Below are positions 1 to 12,376 of a stretch of 64,000 nucleotides of DNA, one piece after another. The position numbers and the translations under genes were made by a program. How positions within the stretch are numbered: the stretch's first letter is position 1; every line of letters starts with the position of its first letter. The stretch comes from Octopus vulgaris (lineage: Eukaryota). Under the pieces are notes generated by a model. It made no database searches and had not been told where the DNA came from. It was given only the letters and a program-made list of their open reading frames with translations. Where the stretch lies: contig OX597815.1 in the NCBI GenBank assembly GCA_951406725.2, positions 120,776,001-120,840,000 on the forward strand. The letters are read 5' to 3'.

Positions 1-2
1 TT

Positions 3-248
3 AACTGTCTGAGGAGCCTCCATGGAGTGGATGTAGATGCTTTCAAACATGAACTTGACCTCTGGCTTGCCAAGATCCCAGATGAGCCAATATCTAAGCA
101 AGAAACTCAAAAGAGGGCAGTAGCATCGAACTCCATCCTTCACCAAAAGCCGCTCCGACAAAGCTGGAAAATTGAGAAATGATCGCAATGGTGGTGCTCT
201 AGCATGGCCACAGTCATTGGACTGAAACATATAAAAGAATAAAAGAAT
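3..248 (+). mobile_element. 3' end of a CR1/L2-like LINE (ORF2 C-terminus plus 3' tail)
   Basis: Frame 3 reads NCLRSLHGVDVDAFKHELDLWLAKIPDEP...AVASNSILHQ...KIEK*, the FK..LD..L..IPDEP C-terminal pattern of invertebrate CR1-like ORF2. It is followed by the tail ggtggtgctctagcatggccacagtc..gactgaaacatataaaagaataaaagaat. Confidence 0.75.
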
Positions 249-302
249 ATATATATATACACACATATATATAGTAGAATAAGAAACAGAAAATCCTTGA
301 TA

Positions 303-1580
303 CAGTAGTATACATTTGAAAAACGAATAGAAATGGCTTTTCTGATAATTTTTCCACTTTAATCATTGGATGTTTATAAGTATACACCTTTTGTAAACTT
401 ATAAAAACCATTTCTAATCATTTTTTCAAATATAGAGATATGACAGAAGTAAATTGACACCCTTATAATCATTAAAATTTATTAAAATTTGAATTTATGC
501 ATTCAAATTATTTATTAGTTGTTATAATGTGAATATTTAATATCTAGTAGACATGCCCTTTGCATTTTTTAATGCAAAGACCTTATTGGACATGTTACTG
601 ATCAGATGACATATATTCCCTTACAGAATTTCTTGCCAAGTTTCATGTAGTAATCTCAGAAGATCTGGCTTTGAAGATGCTTTCTTGTTCTTTTTATGAA
701 GTGCCCTGCCCATCATATCCCAGAGGTGTTCAATAGGGTTCATATCTGGGGACTGGCTTGGCCATGAAAGCTTTTTAATGCTATCCTCATCCAACAAATC
801 TTAGGTCATTTTAGCCGTGTGACAAGGAGCCTCATCTTCCATCAATAAAGAGTTTTCTTTAATCATTTCACCACTGGAGAAGATTGGAAGGAGTTCTTTC
901 TTCACACTCCACTAGCTCTGATCAACCATTGCTCCAAATTGCTCCCCATACCATCACAGTATAGCTGCCATGTTTCATTGTTGGCTGCAATCTTATCACT
1001 TCAAATTTTTTATCACAGTCTCCAGACCCACACTCGACCACTATCAGGAAATACAGCAAATCTGGACTCATCAGAAAATATGACAGTGTCCCAAAATGCT
1101 AGTGGCCTCTCTACCATCTCACTGGCCCAACCTTTTCTCCGTTTGAAGTCGGCAAGTCGAAGAAGTGGCTTCCTTCTCGCTACTCTGCCATAGTTGCCAA
1201 GTTTGTGGAGATACCTGACAGCTGTTCTGGGACTGACATCAACTTGTTCTGCTATATCAGAGGCCTAGCAATGAGGATTATCCTCCATACTTCTCTTAAC
1301 AAAGAGAAGGGTCCTCTCAGAAGGCCCTGGTTGATCTGGATGAGGTGATGTGGACTCTTTCCCCTCTCTGGTGAATTGCACAATCACTCTATCAACTGTA
1401 AAAAGCAGGATCCCAAGGTTTACTGCGACTTTACTCTGACTATATCCACCTTCAGAATGATCCACAATACGGCCTGTTTGAAATTCAGACAGTTCGAGGT
1501 TTTTTTTTTTATGGCATGATTAAACAGTCACATATAGAACCTGAAACATAAAAGTGTCAATTAATAAAAAATATAAACCT
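303..1580 (-). mobile_element. Degenerate Tc1-type DNA transposon (DD34E transposase pseudogene, about 1517 to 537)
   Basis: Minus strand: N-terminal [21 protein letters not shown], then [40 protein letters not shown] (34 residues between the second D and E), and C-terminal NAKGMSTRY* ending at 537. One terminus TA|CAGTAG at 301-308. Stops and frameshifts present. Confidence 0.9.
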
Positions 1581-1702
1581 TTACAATATGGCGGTGCCCC
1601 TGCATGGCCACAGCTTGTGACCTGAAATGAGATGAAATAAAGAAAAAAAGAAGTTAGAATAAGCAAAACAATGTTTTATGGGGAGCTTATTTACTTCTGC
1701 CA

Positions 1703-1759
<57 letters not shown>

Positions 1760-1944
1760 GTGTGTGTATATATCGATATCTATATCTATCTGTCTATCTA
1801 TCTATCATCATCATCATTTAATATCTAATCCATGCTATTATAAAATAATATATATGAAATGAATAATATATACTAATAATATTTTGGATCAATTCAATAT
1901 ACTTCACTTCCTAACAGAAAATAAAAAATTGATTTGTTGCCAAA

Positions 1945-2350
1945 GGTACAGGAGTGGCTGTGTGGCAAGTTGCTTGCTTACCAGCCACATGGTTCCGAGT
2001 TCAGCCCCACTGCATGGCACTTTGGAGAAGTGTCTTCTACTATAGCCTCAGGCCGACCAAAGCCTTGTGAGTGGATTTGGTAGACGGAAACTGAAAGAAG
2101 CCCACTGCATATATATGTATGTATATGTATGTGTGTGTATATGTTTGTGTGTCTGTATTTGTCCCCCCACATCGCTTGACGACTGATGCTGGTGTGTCTA
2201 CATCCCCAGAACTTAGCAGTTCGGCAAAAGAGACTGATTGAATAAGTACTAGGCTTACAAAGAATGAGTCCTGAGGTTGATTTGTTCAACTAAAGGCAGT
2301 GCTCCAGCATGGCTGCAGTCAAATGACAGAAGCAAATAGAAGAACAAAAG
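1945..2350 (+). mobile_element. tRNA-type SINE family A (internal TA/TG microsatellite, CR1-like tail)
   Basis: A-box-like tggctgtgtgg, B-box-like ggttccgagttcagccc, central cttgggcaagtgtcttctactatagcc-type block, tail ggcagtgctccagcatggc..gactgaaac. More than 15 related copies in the window. Confidence 0.85.
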
Positions 2351-2429
2351 AGTGAAGTAAGAAACCAACAGTATTGAAGAATAGATATATGATCTTTTAT
2401 TTTGAGTTTGGGGTATCTTGTGCAGCTGT

Positions 2430-2632
2430 GTTTTGTGGTAATGGTGGTGGTGATGTTGGTGAGGGTAGTGGCGAGGGGTGGAGGTATTGGCAATGACAGC
2501 AATGGTGACTATAATGACACTGACAGCAGCAATGATGATAGCAACAATGGCAGCAGTAATGGTGACAATAACAATAGTGGTATTAATAATGGTGGTGGTG
2601 GTGGGTTGCAACACTATTATGATGGTGGTGAA
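2430..2632. repeat. Degenerate (GGT/GAT/AAT)n trinucleotide low-complexity tract
   Basis: Seen directly. Confidence 0.85.
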
Positions 2633-3001
2633 TAGGAAAGTCCTTGACTAGACACATAGCTGTTTTTAAAATGTTTTCAGGTGGAGGGGTCAGGGTCACT
2701 AGTTGTTTAAATCAACTGCTTCGTATTTTGTCAACCCTGGAAGGATGCAAAGCAAATTTGACAGTGACAGGGTTTGATCTCCAAAAGTAAAGCTCCCGTA
2801 ACTAATACTGCAAGGTATGTTGTACAATGCTCTACTGACTCTATTAATGAACCACTATTGATCAGTTTAATGCTTTGTGTGTCTCCAGAACAAACTACAC
2901 TTCTAAATTCAAGATCAATAAAGCAACCATCAAAAATATATTCTGCTAATTCAATTTAGTGTGTCTCCGCAACCTTCTAAGATAGAGCCCTGCATTAAGA
3001 A

Positions 3002-3350
3002 ATCATCATCATCATCATCATCATCACAACTAGCGACAACAAGAGAAACAATAGCCGAACCACTGTCACCGCAACCATCACCATCATAATCATCATCACC
3101 TCTACCACCACTACCATCACCAACAACACTACCACCATCACTGTCATCATCATCATCATTACCACCACCACCATTACTGTCATCATCATCACCACTACAA
3201 TCACCACCACCACCATCACCAACAACCACCACCACCATCTTTGCCATTATCATCATCATCACCACAACTACCACCACCACCATCACCACCACCACCACCA
3301 CCACCACCACCACCACCACCATCATCATCATTACCATCATTATCATCATC
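3002..3350. repeat. (CAT/CAC)n trinucleotide low-complexity tract
   Basis: Seen directly; the source of the spurious poly-V/M/D ORFs. Confidence 0.9.
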
Positions 3351-3669
3351 AGTATAAGAGGTGCATGATGTTCATTTCCTGTTGTAAATGTTACCTTGTG
3401 ACTTCTGGCCAAAAGCTCTTCTGTGCAATACAGAAATAATTAGAAATAATTATAATTCTCCTCCTCCTACCTCTTCCATCATTTTCTTCTTTACCCTCTA
3501 AGAGCTACATCTTCCACACTGCCATTATCAGATCTTCAATATAACATACTGACCTGTCTCGAGTCTTAATCCACTGTCATTCCATCTGGGAAATTCAATA
3601 TTCATAGTCCACACCCCATTGTCTTGGAGATATAAAGGATAAGACACTGTGCAGTGTATTTACTCTCAA

Positions 3670-3885
3670 CCCTGTGGCATTCAGATTATTTTGTCAAATG
3701 TCCTTATTCTTTTCATATTGTTTTGAATTAATAATGCATTATCTTGTAGCTTGGAGACTTTGCCAGGGTAACTTAATTTTTTGAATGATATTGTAGGGTT
3801 GGTGTAAGAGGCCAGATCTGGCCAGTTAGCGCATAAAACAGATGTAGTAGTTTGGCTGGATTTGACCTATTTAAATGCAAAAGGG
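3670..3885. mobile_element. piggyBac-like MITE (CCCT...AGGG ends)
   Basis: Termini tcaa|CCCTgtggcattcag ... aaatgcaaaAGGG|tcaa; related copy at 23830-24048 is flanked by TTAA. Confidence 0.6.
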
Positions 3886-4516
3886 TCAAATAATCCTAAA
3901 AAGTCTTCAGGGTCCATATTGAAATACCTTCACTCATATGCCTGTTTCATTAGAGCTTGCCTGCACCAAATAATAACAATAACTGCCTTAATTAAGCACT
4001 GTCTAATTAGATAACATGTGTTGCTGCTAACTTTCAACAAGGAAAACTGACTGCAAGAAGAGAAATGTCTTTTTATGAATGCTTCACAATGGTTGTACAA
4101 TATTTGATAACTTCATTCCATAATCCTATTTGCTCAAGCATGCACACACACATATACATTTAAATATACGTGCGTGTGTGTGCATGTGTGTGTGCATGTA
4201 TGCATGTGTGTGTGTGTGTGTGTACATTCATCATCATGATCACCATTTAATGTCCGTTTTCCATACTGGCATGGTTTGGGCGGTTTGGCCAGAGCTGGTA
4301 AGGACAGGGGCTGCACGAAACTCCCTTGTCTGCTGTGGTGTGGTTTCTATGGCTTGATGCCCATCCTAATGCTAACCACTCCACAGAGTGTACTGGGCGC
4401 TTTATATGTGGCATCAGCATCATTCCAGATAAAGGACATAAAATAAGAACAGCGATAAATCTGAAGTGAAGAATATATAGTGCATGTGTTTATTTGGCAA
4501 GTAAAAAAAAAAAAAT

Positions 4517-4925
4517 GGCATGGCTGTGTGGTAAAAGTCTTGCTTCCCAACCACATGGTTCTAGGTTCAGTCCCACTGTATGGCGCTTTGGGCAAGTGTC
4601 TTCTACTATAGCCTCAGGCTGATCAAATCCTTGTGTGTGGATTTGTTAGATGGAAACTGAAAAAAGCCAGTCATATATATATATATATGTATATATGTAT
4701 ATATTGATGTGTGTGTGTGTGTGTTTGTGTCTGTGTTCCGGCCCCCCCCCTCCATCGCTTGACAACCAATGTTGGTGGGTTTAAGTCCCTGCAACTTAGC
4801 AGTTTGGCAAAAGAGACTGATAGAATAAGTACCAGGCTTACAAACAATAAGTCCTAGAATACTCAACTAGAAGGTGGTGCTCCAGCATGGCCAAGTCAAA
4901 TGACTGAAACAGATAAAATAAAAAA
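4517..4925 (+). mobile_element. SINE family A copy
   Basis: Colinear with 1945-2350 and 21561-22035. Confidence 0.85.
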
Positions 4926-5034
4926 TAAAAATCCCCAAATAAATTAATATGTATATGTTTATATATATATATATGTATAATGGCAAAATGACCATTCCTA
5001 AATACAACAATATATATATACATATATATTGCCA

Positions 5035-6470
5035 TCATCATCATTGTTTAACATTTGCCTTCCATGCTGGCATAGGTGGGACAGTTTGACAAGAGCCAGT
5101 TAGGTAGAATTCTGCACCAGACTTCTGTAAGTGTTTTGGCAGGATTTTTACAGCTGGATGCCCTTCCTAACACCAACCACTCAGCAGAGTGGACTTAGTG
5201 CTTTTTACATGGCACAAGCACAGGTGAGGTCGGTTTTGGCAAGGTTTTTACAGCTGGATGCCCTTCCAAATGTTAACCACTTTACAGTGTGGACTGGGTG
5301 CTTTTAAGTGGCACTTGCACTGTCAGGGTCACCAAGTACTTGCAAGACAAAAACAAAAGCTCTTTTGAGAGGGGAGGGGGCATTGGAGAAGGTGATCTTG
5401 TGTCAGATGATGAAAGGTGATAATGAGACAGAGAGAAAGAAACAGGTGTCTTGCTGTAGAGGAGCTACAAGGTTAGCTGACTGGAGAGAGATAGATAGAT
5501 AGAGAGAGAGAGAGGGAAAGATGGGAAGAGGGAGAGAGAGAGAGATGGGAAGAGGGAGAGAGAGAGATGGGAAGAGGGAGAGAGAGAGAGATGGGAAGAG
5601 GGAGAGAGAGAGAGAGAGCAGGAATGAGGACAAAAGCAGGTGGCTACCGCAAAGGAAATGCATTGTTACCCAACGTGAGGGAAGTGCAGGAAAAAGAGAG
5701 AGAGTGGGAGACAGCAGGACAGAAATGGTGCTGGGCATATTTACAAGGGATGGGGATCAGAATATATATTTACAAGGGACAGGGATCAGAATATAAATTG
5801 TTGAGTAAAGGAAGAGAGAGATATAGATGGTGGCAAGTGCCAGGGCATACCTTTGAGGTTTGAACATCATAATGTAAGTGGCAGGATATTGTGAAGAAAG
5901 TACGATTAATGAGTACGGAGTTGGGGAGTGAGTGACAAAAATCTGAGTATATATAGAGTCGGAGTGAGGTGGAGTGCTACCGGATAGCAATGATACAGAG
6001 GAATAGGGCTGTGAGGACAGGATTGGGGAGTGAGAGGTAGGCATAGTGATTGAAGGAGGAAATATGAGGAAGAGAAGAGATGTAGATTGGTTTGTTAGAG
6101 TAGGGTATGCGAAAAGTTTTCTTGTTATGTATGGGTGGAGCAAATAGGTCAGGAGCTAGCAAATAGCAATAATACATGAGACAGAGCATGTGACTGGAAC
6201 ACACAGGTCAGAGTCTAGTGGAGAGCAATGATACAGTGGCACAGGGCCAAGTGGATAGGATTGTGGAGTGGGAGGTAAGCATAGTGCATGAAGTAGAAAT
6301 GTGAATAAGAGAAGAGATGTAGAGATGTAGAGATGTAGTTTGGTTTGTTGTGGTAGAGTGTGTGAGAAGTTTTCTTCTTAAGTGTGGGTGGGACACACAG
6401 TGCTTCTAGAACTCAGTTTCACTAACGTAGGGGGGTCTTCTCAAGAACTTCATATTGCCAGACATCTCGG
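5035..6470 (-). mobile_element. Degenerate retroelement-derived repeat with (CAT)n tail, GA-rich minisatellite and internal duplication
   Basis: Tail block ggatgcccttcc..aaccac is shared with the RTE 3' UTR repeats; 5975-6145 resembles 6215-6395; related sequence in the opposite orientation at about 51300-52010. Confidence 0.5.
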
Positions 6471-6711
6471 CCCATTGTCATTTATTCCATTAGGCCCAAC
6501 ATCCTAAGATTGGTCCTTACCACTTCATATCGTGTCTTCCTGGGTTTCATATATATATATAAATTGACTATACACACACACACACACACACATATAGTCA
6601 ATTCATTGAACAAACAATTCAAAAAACGAAAAAGAGGAAAGAAAAAAGAAAAGAATGAATGTGAAGACATGCACAAGAAATATATTAGCTTGACACTCGG
6701 CGAAAGGAGAG

Positions 6712-6744
6712 TTTAACGTTTTGAGCATAGCTCTTCATCAGAAA
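6712..6744 (-). ncRNA. Degenerate minimal hammerhead ribozyme motif in a Penelope-like terminal fragment
   Basis: Minus strand ttt-CTGATGA-agagctatgctc-aAAAC-GTT-aaa; stem II gag/ctc; the catalytic GAAA is mutated to AAAA. Confidence 0.55.
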
Positions 6745-7023
6745 GGAGAAAGGGCAAAACCCAAAGGAGAAGAAAAAATCACCAAAGGCCCACATATCAT
6801 TACACTTCTGTGTATATTTCAGCCCTAAGGTTGTGGCCATGCTGGGGCACTGTTCTAATAGGATCCTTACTGCATGTATCTACCATATGCAGTCAAGCAG
6901 CTTTGGTTTGGTCAAGGCACCAGTGGAAGACACTTATTTGAGATACTGCACACTGAAACAGAACATGAAACCATGTAGTCACAAAGCAACTTCTTTACAC
7001 AACCATGCCTCTGATGGTGTGTG

Positions 7024-7079
<56 letters not shown>

Positions 7080-7648
7080 TGTGCATGTGTGTGTGAGAGA
7101 GAGAGAGAGATTGCATTGAGTAAAGATTAATTGGTGGCAAGACATCATTGTTAAAGGAGTGCCCAACCTTAGAATGCCAAACTCTCAACAACCTTTAACC
7201 CTTTCTTGTTCAAAACCCGGACATTGTAAAATTATATGCACATCTTAAATATCTTTTGTGAAATTCATCTGTGAATATGCATGAAGGATTACCACCCCAA
7301 ACATTTCCAAGCTTTTAGCATGAACCTATAATTGAGTGATATTTCTCAGTTCTTTGCTGGTGCTGATCCTTTGCAAGTGCCAGTGTCACGTAATATGTAC
7401 TTGTGCTGGTGCTACATAAACACACATAAAAAGGACCCAGAATACTCTGTAATGTGGTTGGCATTAGGAAGAGCATCCAACTGTAAAGACCATGCCAAAA
7501 CAGACAATTGGAGTCTGGACAGCTCTCTGGCTGGTGAATTCCTGTCAAGCTGTCCAAACCATGCAAACATGGAAAAATGGACATTAAATAATAATGATGA
7601 TGATGTTGTTGATGATAATGAACTTTATAAATAAAACTGAATTATATA

Positions 7649-7879
7649 CAGGGTGCAGTAGAAAGGTTGCTCTGATTTCAAAGGCTGATAAAAAAAAACT
7701 ACCCCATGAAGATACAGGAAAAACAATGCTCTCCATTCCAGGCTTCGGTGGGTACTACCTGAGACAGAAAAAAATGGTATTTAATGAACTTCATAGAAAT
7801 GCAAAGTGTTTTCATGCATCTTCATGTATCTGTTTTTTATTAACCTTTGAAATTGGGGCAACCTTTCTGCCACAACCTG
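7649..7879. mobile_element. Tc1/mariner-type MITE
   Basis: TA|CAGGGTGcagtagaaaggttgctctgatttcaaagg ... cctttgaaattggggcaacctttctgccacaaCCTG|TA: imperfect TIRs with TA flanks. Confidence 0.75.
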
Positions 7880-8594
7880 TATACACATGGTGAAGGCAAG
7901 GCTGTATGGTTAAGAAGTTCACTTCCAAACTATGTGGCTTCAAGTTCAATCTTACTGCATGGCACCTTGGGCAAGTGGGGAAGTATTTTCTATTCTAGCC
8001 TTCGGCTAACCAAAGCCTTGTGCATGGATTTGGTAGGTGGAACCTTTTATGTTGTTGTTTGTGTACATGTATGTATGTATGTATGTATGTATGTATGTAT
8101 GTACTTACATACAAGGCCAAAGAAGGTACGGGTGCCGCTATATATAGTATATGTAGAAAAATACAAACTGGGACAAGTGTCCCAGTTTGTATTTTTATAC
8201 ATATAATATGTATATATGTATGTATGTATGTGTCTCCTTGTCTTGGCATCGCATCATAAGCTGTAAAAATGTGTTACCATACAAGGGGTATCATTTGTTC
8301 TCAATCCTCTGTAAAAAAATGCCTGCATATTGGAAAATATCACCTTCCATGGAAGCACATGACAGTTGGTGACAGGAAAGGCATATGGCCATAGAAAATC
8401 TGCCATAACAAATTCTGGTTGATCCATGCAAACAGAAAAATAGACATTGAAATAATAATGATGGTGGTGGTGTTGGTGGTAACACCAACATGATAGTAGT
8501 TTCTACATGATAGTAGGGGCGAAAAAACATCTGTACATAATTTTATGTTAATTTTCTTCAGAAAATTTACCTTTAATTTTTTTATCTTTAACAG

Positions 8595-8768
8595 ATTGGA
8601 CCAGCAATTGTCTACTTGGAGTTTCGGAGTATATTTGGTAAAGGAATATATATTCAGAGTGTCATTCCAACCGAACCAATGGTGCAGAAAGTTGTTCATA
8701 ATATCTATGTTAGCAAAAGTGTACCTACACTATTTGCAAAGTTTCTTTTATTAGCAGAAGCTATTCAA
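8595..8768 (+). CDS. nvd: Cholesterol 7-desaturase (Rieske oxygenase, neverland/DAF-36 family), penultimate coding exon
   Basis: Acceptor ttttatctttaacAG, donor caa|GTGAGT, 174 bp, phase 0/0: IGPAIVYLEFRSIFGKGIYIQSVIPTEPMVQKVVHNIYVSKSVPTLFAKFLLLAEAIQ, matching the IGP.IVYL.F.S.FG.G...Q.V.P.EP..Q segment of Neverland/DAF-36. Confidence 0.9.
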
Positions 8769-9104
8769 GTGAGTACCATCAAAAATTGAATTAATTTGAT
8801 ACACCTGATTGTTAGATACACTATAGAATTACAAGACAGAGTATCTTTTCCAAGAAATATATTTCACATACTTTAATTTACAGATAACTGGCAGAGTTAT
8901 AAAGTTACTTATATCTTATACTTGACCTGTTTGCCTAACCAGTGGGTTGGCATCAACTGAAAGCTAAAACAATGTGAAACGCATTGTGACCAGTGGTGCA
9001 TAACAAAATTTGATTGCTTGGTCGATACTGTGATGCCGAGATATATAAAAGTATTAGCCAAGCACTGGATCTTTTACAGATAATTTTTTTTATCACATAG
9101 CTAT

Positions 9105-9425
9105 TGAGGCACATGGCTCAGTGGTTAGAGTGTTGGGCTCCCAGTCACAGGGTTGTGAGTTTGATTCCCAGACTGGGTTACGTGTTGTGTTCTTGTGCAA
9201 GACACTTTATTTCACATTTCTCCAGTTCAGTCAGCTGTAGAAATGAGTTGCAACATCTCTAGTGCCAAGCTGTATCACTTTTGCCTTTCCCTTGAATAAC
9301 ATCAGTGGAATAGAGAGGGGAAGCTGGTATGCATAAGCAACTTCTGGTCTTCCGTAAACAACCTTACCCAGACTTTCTAGGTGCAATCCCATGGTCATTC
9401 ATGACCAAAGGGGGTCTTTACCGTT
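9105..9425 (+). mobile_element. tRNA-derived SINE family C (inside the last nvd intron)
   Basis: A box tggctcagtggttagag, B box gagtttgattcc, central tgtgttcttgtgcaagacactttatttcac; partial copies at 9430-9545 (-), 14990-15065 and 34400-34520. Confidence 0.7.
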
Positions 9426-9664
9426 TTAGTAGCATGGAATGAAGTGTTTTGATTAAGAACACAATCCATCACCCAGTCCAGGAATCAAAACCACAATTTT
9501 ACGATCATGGTGCTGACACCCTAACCACTAAGCCATCCACCTCTACAGATAAATAAATCATGATGTATGCATATATGCTTTCTTTCATGATGTATGCATT
9601 TAATGCTTTCTTAGAGATTTCTCTAAAACATATTTGTTTTTTTTTAAAAAACATAATAACCATA

Positions 9665-10253
9665 ACCCATGGCCTATGCCAGAGGTGTAACCAGTCCACT
9701 TATGCGTACCTTTCCTTCAGTGGACACTAAACTCTGCTTGTGAAGACCTGTTGAGGCAAGTGAAATTGAAATCAAATCAAATTCGCAAATTTGATGACTG
9801 GCACCTGTGCCAGTGGAGTGCTAAGAGCACCATCCGAGCTTGATCGCTGCCAGAGCAGCTGACTGGCTTCCGTGCCGGTGGCATGTAAAAAGCACCATTC
9901 AAGCGTGATCGTTACCAGTGTCGCCTTACTGGCACTTGTGCTGGTGGCATGTGAAAAACATTCAAGCGAGGTCTTTGCCAGTGCCGCTGGACTGGCTCCT
10001 GTGCAGGTGGCACGTAAAAAACATCACTTGAGCATGGCTGTTGCCAGTTCCGCCTGACCGGCCCTTGTGCCGGTGGCACATAAAAACACCCACTACACTC
10101 TCAGAGTGGTTGGCATTAGGAAGGACATCCAGCTGTAGAAACTCTGCCAGATCATATTGGAGCTTGGTGCAGCCATCTGGTTTGCCAGTCCTCAGTCAAA
10201 TCGTCCAACCCATGCTAGCATGGAAAGCAGACGTTAAACGATGATGATGATGA
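9665..10253 (+). mobile_element. 5'-truncated RTE LINE 3' UTR with internal tandem units and (GAT)n tail
   Basis: Reverse complement of the sequence following the RTE ORF end at about 44732-45330; ends ggttggcattaggaagg..tgctagcatggaaagcagacgttaaacgatgatgatg. Confidence 0.75.
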
Positions 10254-10293
10254 ATAACCATAGTTTAACATAACTGAATTTCTTCTATTATAG

Positions 10294-10461
10294 TTTGAAC
10301 GTGACATCATGATTTGGAACAACAAGCAGTACCAACACAAACCTGTTTTTGTGAAATCAAAAGAAGATTCCCTGATGATGAGACACAGAAGATGGTTTTC
10401 TCAGTTTTATTCAGAGAATAGTCCTCGGATGACATTTCAGAAAGAAAGCCTAGATTGGTGA
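10294..10461 (+). CDS. nvd: Cholesterol 7-desaturase (neverland/DAF-36), last coding exon
   Basis: Acceptor tttcttctattatAG, 168 bp: [55 protein letters not shown]. The ERD..IWN.K and [12 protein letters not shown] motifs and terminal LDW are Neverland hallmarks; in frame with exon 8595-8768. Confidence 0.93.
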   Translation, partial: FERDIMIWNNKQYQHKPVFVKSKEDSLMMRHRRWFSQFYSENSPRMTFQKESLDW

Positions 10462-11744
10462 TCCAACATTTCTTTCAGCAGACACTTTTCTTTATTAACC
10501 TTACATTTTCCTCATGTACAAATGATATGAACTGACTCTTATCATATCTCTGACTTACTGAAGATGAGTTGTGATTTTATGAAAGCAAGATATTAATACT
10601 TGTTCAACTATTTTCTCCCCACCACCCAGCTCCACTTCCTTCATCCAGGGCTCAGAGTAAAGTTGTATTTTTCTTTTTATTTAAATATAGTCCATTTTAT
10701 TTTTTTATTTTTTGCTTTTATTTTTTAGTGAGAATTAATTACTTAATTAACTTCATCAAGTAATTTTAATATATCATTTTCAAATGAAACTGTAAGATAA
10801 AAATATATTTGGAATGACTTTTGTTGTCTTCTACTGAAAAAATGCAATAGGGGGGGAGTGGGGAATATGAAAAATAAAGGCATGCATACACACATGCACA
10901 CTCACACATTCATGCACACACACACACTTACATGCATACATACATACACACACACACATACACGATTAATGAATAGAACGGTGAAAATAATGGATGTAAA
11001 ATAAAATATACCAAATGTATAGAAAAGAAGAAATCATATTTTTTGTCTGTTCAAATCTATTTATTTTGAAATTCATTAGTTGGGCATTTTATATTTAAAA
11101 AAAATAAAAATTCAATTTTGTTAGGTTTTCAAACTAACACAATTTTTCTTTGAACCTTAAAAAAAATGAAATCCCCAAGTAAAGGAGTTAATGGTTTGAG
11201 AATATCCAAATCCAAAACAAAATGTATATCATGTTATTTCCCCATATTATATTGACATTTCACCCCAAAGACATTTGATTTTAATAACCAGTTACAGGTA
11301 CTTTGAACATTCATTTATTTTCTTGTAGTTAACGAGTATTAATTGGATCATTGTTAAGTGTGTGAAAAATACACTGTTTTACACAACTTAAAATATACCT
11401 TGCTAATTATTCTTTGAAAAATTGTTATTATTTGCGAAAATATTATTGTATAAATTTTCAATAAAATTTATTTTGAGCAAATGAAATGTAATTATTACAA
11501 GACAAAAACAGAATAAAACATTTTTAAAAATCAAGAATTTCCTTCAAGAAAAAATAACCAAATAAAAGATTATATCTTGTTGGTTGTGTGAACAAAATTG
11601 TGAAAGCTTCAGCTTAGCTCCATCATATTTTGAGTCTTCATTTACCTTTATATTTTACTTCAGTCATTCATTTTCAGCCTGGTTTTAAATTGATTCTTCA
11701 TTCACCAGATTTCTTTTCTAATCTTTTAAAAGATTTATCAACTA

Positions 11745-12141
11745 CTAGCAGTATCGCCCGGCGTTGCTCGGGTTTGTAAGGGAAATAACTATATAAGCAT
11801 TTTTAGAGAGTTATAGCCAAAAAATAGCAAAAAAATGCATTAAAAATGGAAAAAAAATGATGGTAATTTTTTTTTAAATCGTTGATTCATCGTAGACATT
11901 TTTAGAGAGTTACTTCCCTTATATAATAGCGAAAAAATGCATTAAAATGGAAAAAAATGATGGTAAATTTTTTTTTAAATCGTAGACTCATCGTAGACGA
12001 GCGCTAATACCCAGAAGGGCTTGATATGAATCATGACTATAAGATACCCGGTTTTGGTTACACTGCACCGCAAAATGTGGGAGTAGTTAGGAATCTAAAT
12101 CGTAGGAGACAGACACACAACTTGACTTTTATATATAAAGA
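11745..12141 (-). mobile_element. Non-autonomous Helitron
   Basis: Minus strand A|TCtttatatataaaag ... hairpin cccgagcaacgccggg ... actgCTAG|T; no TSD; internal tandem duplication of about 110 bp; CpG-rich. Confidence 0.85.
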
Positions 12142-12302
12142 TTAAAATTAGAAATTGCAGTTATACACACACACACACACACACACATACGTAAAAATAG
12201 GAATAAAGAAATTATATACATATTAGAGTATGTATGTATGTATCTGGCTGTCTATCTATCTCTCCCTCTTTCTCTCTCTCTCTCTTTTTCTCTCTCTCTC
12301 TT

Positions 12303-12376
<74 letters not shown>

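Noticed and set aside
537-1517. Possibility of Fanzor/TnpB or other RNA-guided nuclease cargo in the DNA transposons
   Set aside because: I saw no RuvC or zinc-ribbon motifs and no extra ORF in or near any Tc1/mariner, hAT or Helitron remnant.
2951-3412. 153-aa poly-Val/Gly/Asp ORF (and similar ORFs at 2255-2635 and 55685-56002)
   Set aside because: Trinucleotide low-complexity DNA, open in several frames on both strands, with no splice or homology support.
8545-8754. 69-aa ORF from the track overlapping the nvd exon
   Set aside because: Wrong frame; the spliced frame starting at 8595 gives the recognisable protein.
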